Made by a program: the position numbers and the translations under genes. This document shows positions 11,015 to 18,304 of a DNA stretch of 18,304 nt, piece after piece (position 1 is the stretch's first letter; each line of letters begins with the position of its first letter). Source of the stretch: Octopus sinensis. Lineage: Eukaryota. The stretch lies in assembly GCF_006345805.1 (NCBI RefSeq), contig NW_021825018.1, forward strand, positions 1 to 18,304, given 5' to 3'. Under the pieces are notes generated by a model. The model did not search any database. It saw only the letters and a list, made by a program, of their open reading frames with translations, and was not told the origin of the DNA.

Positions 11015-11425
11015 TTAGTTCGTTCTCCTTGTTTTCTTTCAATTTTCTTTTGTTTGTTTTTCAATTTTATTTTGGTTCTTTCTTTTTACTTTCGTTCTTT
11101 CTTTATTTCATTCACTTCATTCTATATATCTGGCTTTCTTTTGTCATTTATTCTTTCTTTCGTTCTTTCTTTCTTTTGTTTGTTTCTGTCTTTTCTTTGT
11201 TTTCTTTCTTTGCGTTCGTCTTCATTCATTTATGCAACAGTTTATCCATAAATTTTTAGAATCTATCTTTCCTTCTTTCTTTGTCTCTCACTTTCTGTTT
11301 CTCCTTATTTCCACTATTCCATTTTTTTTCAATATTTCATTCCATCTATTTTTCATTCTTTCCTGTCCTAACTCCTATCATCTCCTCAGCTGCTCTTTTT
11401 ATTCTCTTTCTCAATCTATTTCTTT
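10650..11425 (+). repeat. Pyrimidine-rich low-complexity tract including (TTTC)n and (TC)n
   Basis: Strong T/C bias on the + strand; explains the F/L/S-rich ORFs. Confidence 0.85.
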
Positions 11426-12059
11426 GAACGACATATTTCGAAAAACTGTTTACCATTTCTGCAAAGGAAAGACAGTACTCTTGATAGCTTATAGATCTTT
11501 TGAAACTGACGGTCAGAGAAAAAAATCCCTAGAACTTAGGTTTTCCTCAAAGCTGAGACCTCATCCGAATGCTTGCAACGGAGAAGACTGTTTGACAATA
11601 TGCCAGCGTTAAACAAGACGATGGATTGAGCCAACTATTCTCTTTTTTTTTTCTGATCTTTCGAGAATTTTGATGTCTGCTTCTTGCTATGTGCTTCTCT
11701 TTTCTTCTATTCTTATATATATATACTCTCAGAAAAATAATATCGGTCTTTATAGCCAACTTAACTTAGATGTATTATTAGAACACAGAATATTACCTTA
11801 TTAGTCTTGAGAGATCCTCTCATATAGGCACTGGGTGTAAAAAACAAAAAAAGCGCACACATACATTGTAGCAATTAAGAACCATCTGTTGTGAGCGCCT
11901 GAACTCCCACATGACATGATTTCAGTCTACCGAAAATCATCAGTGGGAGGCGTCCGGTCACCTCATACCAGTCAAATCTCACTGCTACGATATAAGGAAT
12001 ATCAGCTACTGGTGTCGCAAATAAGCAGATTTTATGCACTAAATGCCTTATTATGGTCA

Positions 12060-12699
12060 TTGTCTGGCAGAAAAGTATCCATCACCGAAGATGACCATAA
12101 TAAGGTGGAAACCGCGCGGTCTGGTGTCTCGATAGCTGAAATAGTAGAGGGTTTTCTCCCGGCTTGCAATATATATCAAATGTGGAACGCACTGACTAAC
12201 CAGCTCCTCCTAGGGTTAAAACAGCAGGATCGTCAGTTCTTAGAGAAAACCCATGTTTAGATGGCGATAAACATTATCTCTCAGTAAAAATACTGCTTTC
12301 GATTCTTATAAAGATTTTCTTAGTAAGCTAGTAGTATGTTTGTTGCAAGATCAGTGACTGTGTGTCACTTATTTTCTATATATATCAAACTAGCGTGGAC
12401 TACTGTTATCTCTAGCAGACAAGTATCCATCAACGGAAATTACCATAATAAGGTAGAAACCGCACGGTGGGGTGGTCTCGATAGCTGAAATGGTAGAGGG
12501 TTCTCTCCCCGCTTGCAATATATATCGAGTGCAGAGCCCACTGAATAAACAACTGGAAGAAGCGTCCTCCTGGGGTTAAAATAACAGTAGTATCTGTTCT
12601 AAGAGTACACCTATTTTTAAGTGGTGATAAATATTACTTATCAGTATAAATACTGCTTTCGTCTTTCGTCCAATATAGAAAAATTCTTAGTGATCTAGT
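12060..12699 (+). repeat. Diverged direct duplication: copy A ~12060-12332, copy B ~12408-12699
   Basis: Shared blocks aagtatccatca, accataataaggt.gaaaccgc.cggt, tctcgatagctgaaat.gtagagggtt, gcttgcaatatatatc, gggttaaaa and aaatactgctttcg at offsets of 348-360. Confidence 0.92.
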
Positions 12700-12703
12700 T
12701 TGC

Positions 12704-12751
<48 letters not shown>

Positions 12752-12760
12752 GCGTGTATA

Positions 12761-12796
<36 letters not shown>

Positions 12797-12844
12797 TGTA
12801 TATATTTATACATGCGGATATGTGTGTGCGCGCGTGTGTTATGC

Positions 12845-12924
12845 GGTCGATTCGTTGACCTAAAGATCCTTCAATGCGATGCCCCAGCATGGATGCAGTC
12901 GAATGACTGTAACAAGTAAAGGAT
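12845..12924 (+). mobile_element. SINE family A-like 3' tail fragment
   Basis: ggtcgattcgttgac..ccagcatggatgcagtcgaatgactgtaacaagtaaagga matches the tail at 6637-6705. Confidence 0.75.
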
Positions 12925-13260
12925 GTGGTGTGTGTGGGCGTGTGTGTGTGTAACATGTAAAGGATAAAGGATATATGCATATATATAAGGATAAAGGATA
13001 TATGCATACACACACACACACTCGCTATAAAGTTAGAAGGTATAAGAAGTCATGTCTTAACCACATGACTTCCATAGGGTTACGGTCGTTTTTCCACTTT
13101 CTTCATGTGGTATTAATTTCAGTATGGAAGAAATTATGCGTACATGTTTACATAAGACAAATGAAAAGATACAAAATTATCTTTTCATTTGTCTTGCTCG
13201 CTTTACGTTCTGGCGTCTACCGAAATTCCTTGAGAACAATTTTTCGTAGTGGTCAGGTGA

Positions 13261-13373
13261 CTGGACTGGAGCAACGTGAAATGAAGTGTTTTGCTCAAGA
13301 ACACAACGCATTGCCCGGTCCACAATCTTACGATCATGATGCTGACATCCTAACCACTATGCCACGCGTCTCC
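13261..13373 (-). mobile_element. SINE family B 5' fragment with the B box deleted
   Basis: Reverse complement gacgcgtggcatagtggttagg..gatcgtaagattgtg|gaccgggcaatgcgttgtgttcttgagcaaaacacttcatttcacgttgctccagt aligns to 3239-3358. Confidence 0.8.
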
Positions 13374-13377
13374 ACTA

Positions 13378-13434
<57 letters not shown>

Positions 13435-13458
13435 GTCTATCTGTTTATATCTAATCCA

Positions 13459-13555
<97 letters not shown>

Positions 13556-13561
13556 ATCTTT

Positions 13562-13644
<83 letters not shown>

Positions 13645-13668
13645 GCTAGCTAGCTATATATATATATA
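13459..13668. repeat. (TATC)n-(TAGC)n-(TA)n microsatellite
   Basis: Directly visible; counterpart at ~14925-15154. Confidence 0.95.
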
Positions 13669-14223
13669 CTTGAATGGGAAATAATACAACAAAACTTGAC
13701 TTAAAATGATCAACGGACTCTATCGGGTGGTGTTACTACGTCAGACATGCTGTGCGCCATTTTCTGTCCGAAACAATCTTAGTTTATATAAATTTACTTT
13801 TATATATATATAATGAGAATTGTATTTTGAATTCTACGACAAAATTCCTTATATAGAAACCCATATGTATTCCCGTCCGTATTATTGTACTTATATCATC
13901 TGCCATGAAACTGTAGTTTAAGTATAACATAGACTACGAGAAAACAAAACAACGCATGCGTCTGTGGGGAATGTGTTTATGTGTATGTATAACGGAACAT
14001 ACACACACTCATATATATATATATACACACACATAGACACACACCCGCACATGCACACAATCAACCTCTCGATTATCAGAACTTTTATGATGTATATTAT
14101 TAAAATTTGCCCATCATAATTGTTTCTCGTACTCAGGGTAATAAAAATATCTCTGTGTAACAACACACACACACACACCACACACACACACACAACACAC
14201 ATATATATATATATGCGTGTATA

Positions 14224-14259
<36 letters not shown>

Positions 14260-14305
14260 TGTATATATTTATACATGCGGATATGTGTGCGCGCGTGTGT
14301 TATGC

Positions 14306-14385
14306 GGTCGATTCGTTGACCTAAAGATCCTTCAATGCGATGCCCCAGCATGGATGCAGTCGAATGACTGTAACAAGTAAAGGAT
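14306..14385 (+). mobile_element. SINE 3' tail fragment (duplicate of 12845-12924)
   Basis: Lies within duplication unit 2. Confidence 0.75.
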
Positions 14386-14718
14386 GTGGTGTGTGTGGGC
14401 GTGTGTGTGTGTAACATGTAAAGGATAAAGGATATATGCATATATATAAGGATAAGGATATATGCATACACACACACACTCGCTATAAAGTTAGAGGTAT
14501 AAGAAGTCATGTCTTAACCACATGACTTCCATAGGGTTACGGTCGTTTTTTTTCCACTTTCTTCATGTGGTATTAATTTCAGTATGGAAGAAATTATGCG
14601 TACATGTTACATAAGACAAATGAAAAGATACAAAATTATCTTTTCATTTGTCTTGCTCGCTTACGTTCTGGCGTCTACCGAAATTCCTTGAGAACAATTT
14701 TTCGTAGTGGTCAGGTGA

Positions 14719-14831
14719 CTGGACTGGAGCAACGTGAAATGAAGTGTTTTGCTCAAGAACACAACGCATTGCCCGGTCCACAATCTTACGATCATGATGC
14801 TGACATCCTAACCACTATGCCACGCGTCTCC
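14719..14831 (-). mobile_element. SINE family B fragment (duplicate of 13261-13373)
   Basis: Lies within duplication unit 2. Confidence 0.8.
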
Positions 14832-14832
14832 A

Positions 14833-14906
<74 letters not shown>

Positions 14907-14954
14907 ATATTATATATATATATATATCTATCTATCTATATATCTATCTATCTA

Positions 14955-15002
<48 letters not shown>

Positions 15003-15017
15003 ATCTATCTATCTATC

Positions 15018-15072
<55 letters not shown>

Positions 15073-15078
15073 CTATCT

Positions 15079-15110
<32 letters not shown>

Positions 15111-15649
15111 GCTAGCTAGCTAGCTAGCTAGCTAGCTAGCTATATATATATATACTTGAATGGGAAATAATACAACAAAACTTGACTTAAAATGATCAAC
15201 GGACTCTATCGGGTGGTGTTACTACGTCAGACATGCTGTGCGCCATTTTCTGTCCGAAACAATCTTAGTTTATATAAATTTACTTTTATATATATATAAT
15301 GAGAATTGTATTTTGAATTCTACGACAAAATTCCTTATATAGAAACCCATATGTATTCCCGTCCGTATTATTGTACTTATATCATCTGCCATGAAACTGT
15401 AGTTTTAAGTATAACATAGACTACGAGAAAACAAAACAACGCATGCGTCTGTGGGGAATGTGTTATGTGTATGTATAACGGAACATACACACACTCATAT
15501 ATATATATATACACACACATAGAACACACACCCGCACATGCACACAATCAACCTCTCGATTATCAGAACTTTTATGATGTATATTATTAAAATTTGCCCA
15601 TCATAATTGTTTCTCGTACTCAGGGTAATAAAAATATCTCTGTGTAACA

Positions 15650-15680
<31 letters not shown>

Positions 15681-16153
15681 TACATATGTACTAAAATATA
15701 CATAAACATACACATATGTACACATAAATGCATATATACATGCATATATACATACATAGATATATATATATGTGTGTGTGTATGCATATATATATATGTA
15801 TATATATATATACATATATTTATATATATGTATGTATATGTATATGCATAGATAAATGTACACATGTTAATTTCTTTTTTAGTTCTTCCGGTTGTTTAAG
15901 GCATCAAGCCCGCCGCCATACTGGTGCCTTACCTACAGTAATGATTGCAGTAAATCCCTCGCGTGGTTTCTTCCCCATCTTTTGAAGTCTGGTGGTTGCT
16001 CAGTCATAGATCAAAAAGTTCGTAGTTATTGCTTTGTCCTCCAGCATCTTGGCTACAAGTTCTTGAAGATGGTTGAGCAATACCGTAACACAGGGAATGC
16101 AGACGCCAGACGTTCTTCGAAAAGTTAGTTTAATTAAGGATATACGTATATAT

Positions 16154-16188
<35 letters not shown>

Positions 16189-16679
16189 CCAAATTCACTC
16201 ATAGTTACACGTAGATTATCACATATTTATATATTTATAGACTGATAGTCACATTCATACGAAAAGTTTGCTCTCGGTGGGGATAAAATTATAACAAGCT
16301 ATAGCATTATTGGCAGAAACTAGTCTGACCCACTCCCCTAAAGAAAGCAAAACAAAATGGAAGCTATAACTAACTTGAGCGAGAACTACCTGTAAGTTGA
16401 ACGTCGGAATCTAATGTAGTAAATGTATACAGCCTGTCTGAACCTATACTTAACAATATCATTATAGATGAAGAAGCAGCTAAGAAGAAAGGAGTTTCGA
16501 AATGTACCGCTTAATTTCTTAAATCAAAAATAGAATATGGTTGCGTTCTTTTCTCTTTTGTATACGAGAGACGCTACAGTTTAACAAAGTTCCAGAGACC
16601 AAATATCCTTCCAGTAATTAAAACCATAAGCGATCTGGCTTTATCCCGAGTCACCATTGTCTCATAAAATATGATATCG

Positions 16680-17390
16680 CTGAGCACATTTCAAAGAGAC
16701 ATTCTCTCTGTGATACTGCTTGTGTTTATAACGGACCACTTAGCCTTATTGTTGGAAAAACAATAATCGTAAGCGTCCTCAAGTTAGACGTCAAAAATAT
16801 GAACGATATAAAGGAGAGCCTTAACCAAGTCAAGACATTCTCAAATAATATAGGAATGAAGTTTGATGAAAATATATTTCTACTTGGCTGAGAAATGAAA
16901 GCAACAGGTCTATCAAGCCACATATTTATTAATTGCCTCATTATATATCTGTGCTTAAGGATAGTCGAAAATATATATAACAGCACAGGGACAAGAGATA
17001 TGCACGCAGTAAATATTACTCAGAGGTAACAAATATATATATGATTGTCATAGCTCTCTATAAACAATAAATTAATGACCCACAATATCTTTGCTGTACT
17101 CATGCTAACATTTGAGCAACTCATTTGGACGCTGGATGAGATTCAGGCCATTGACATTAAACATGATAACTGCTAAAGACTTTCAGAAATGTTCACATCA
17201 ATAGTGATATTGACGGCTTTTACTTAGATTAAAAACGAGGGGATGTAGACTGAATATTTGTTCAATTTGCGATTACAGATCATATCACATAGACAGCATC
17301 CACGGAAGTACTGCAAATGTATTCATAGATCAATTTTGCATAAAAATCTAAATAGCATTACGAGAGTTGGACAAGCTCCTCGGAGTATTC
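16680..17390 (+). pseudogene. Degraded non-LTR retrotransposon reverse transcriptase and thumb region (R4/Dong-like, RLE-type by motif resemblance)
   Basis: Manual translation across frames: FQRDILSVILLV (16689; cf. FQGDSLS), VSVLKLDVKNMNDIKESLNQVKTFSNNIGMKFDEN (cf. FxDDLKLY..FSxDIGMxFG), NKLMTHNIFAV..WTLDEIQAIDIK (17126) and HINSDIDGFYLD*KRGGCRL (17194; cf. HxxSDxxRLYLxRxxGGRGL). Motifs are in the correct order. Confidence 0.82.
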
Positions 17391-17544
17391 CACTGAATGA
17401 CGACTAATGTACAGTCTCAGGGAATTTTATCAGTTCATCAGAACAAAATCATGCTGGACTATATTATCAGGTCATTTCAGAAGTTCTGTCCGAATTTTGA
17501 ATAAAGAAAACAAGTGATCAAATGTTATATTTAATTGAAATGTA

Positions 17545-17900
17545 ATCATCAATGTCCTTTCCCTGACTATCTATGACTTCATCTGTTTACAAGCTTTTTG
17601 ATCCCATCAATGTAACACTCTTATGGTTTCTGAGCTAAGAACTCTGAAATGTCAGTTTCGACCGCCTCCTGGCTTGCGAAAGTTATGTCCCCCAAATGAT
17701 TCTGTAAACTACGAAACAAATGGTAGACTGAGGAGCAAGGTCGGGAGAATAAGGTGGATGAGGAATTTTTTCCCCAACAATGCTCTTCGATCTTCTGTGA
17801 TGTGATCTTTGCAGTGTGGAGTCGCGTATTGTCCTGATGAAACATCACTCCTTTTCGATTCACTAAAGCGGGTCGTTTTCCTTCAAAGCTTGGTTCAAAA
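17545..17900 (-). pseudogene. Mariner (DD34D) transposase C-terminal remnant
   Basis: KRPALVNRKGVMFHQDNTRLHTAKITSQKIEE, then frameshifted KIPHPPYSPDLAP, then YHLFRSLQNHL..FASQEAVETDISEFLAQKP*ECYIDGIKKLVNR..EVIDSQGKDIDD. The third catalytic Asp reads Val. Confidence 0.93.
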
Positions 17901-18169
17901 GCGTACTGGGTTCGATCTAATCGAATGACTCCCCTCACCCCAAATTTCGGACCTTGTGCCTAGAATACAAAAAATATTAATATTGTTGATATTCATAAGG
18001 AACGTCACTATTATATTTCCTATACTTCTATATACAGACTACTTTTAGTATAGTCATCTGAGAAAATATGCTTCGCTGAGGAGATTCAATTGCTGGTTTT
18101 AAGTATATCTCTACACCTGGGTAAGTATTGTTTTTTCAGCATGAATCTCATTCCTCGAAAAGGACCCAC

Positions 18170-18197
18170 AGTGACATTTATTGAGTCTTCCCTCGTA
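18170..18197 (-). mobile_element. Possible mariner-type TIR end
   Basis: Minus strand reads TA-CGAGGGaagactcaataaa, resembling TACGAGGG-type mariner termini, ~300 bp upstream of the transposase remnant. Confidence 0.4.
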
Positions 18198-18304
18198 ATT
18201 TCTATAACTGCCGGTTGATTTTGATTGAAATTTCTTGTTAACCATTTTTCTTCCAATTACTGACTTCTAGTGCAGGGTTTTCTCTCCAGGAAACTTCTGA
18301 TTGA

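Larger units (their letters stand above)
12706..15676 (+). repeat. Near-identical ~1.47-kb tandem duplication (unit 1 ~12706-14160, unit 2 ~14161-15676)
   Basis: All unique blocks recur at offsets of about 1458-1487. All three boundaries are (CA)n tracts. Confidence 0.97.

Noticed and set aside
11916-12260. 114-aa ORF
   Set aside because: No recognisable domain, and the duplicated copy has indels that do not preserve the frame.
12060-15676. CRISPR-like or other prokaryotic repeat-spacer system
   Set aside because: There are no short constant repeats with unique spacers, and the context is eukaryotic repeat DNA.
197-15985. Numerous ORFs rich in YI, HT, CV, YLSI or F/L/S repeats
   Set aside because: These are translations of microsatellites and low-complexity DNA that lack stop codons; no domain content.

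Overview
AT-rich, microsatellite-dense eukaryotic non-coding DNA. The SINE families suggest a coleoid cephalopod, most likely Octopus (recognised from memory, not from a search). No intact host gene is supportable, and most supplied ORFs are translations of simple repeats. The window is a mosaic of decayed mobile elements: two different Penelope-like element (PLE) GIY-YIG endonuclease remnants with hammerhead-like terminal motifs, a ~214-bp foldback, several tRNA-derived SINEs (including an inverted pair), a DD41D (rosa/Visitor) transposase remnant with its terminal repeat, a mariner DD34D remnant, and a degraded non-LTR reverse transcriptase. It also holds an old ~350-bp-period tandem duplication and a near-identical ~1.47-kb tandem duplication that may be an assembly artefact. 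I see no convincing new biological system. The best leads are the PLE hammerhead-like motifs, the foldback and the inverted SINE pair.
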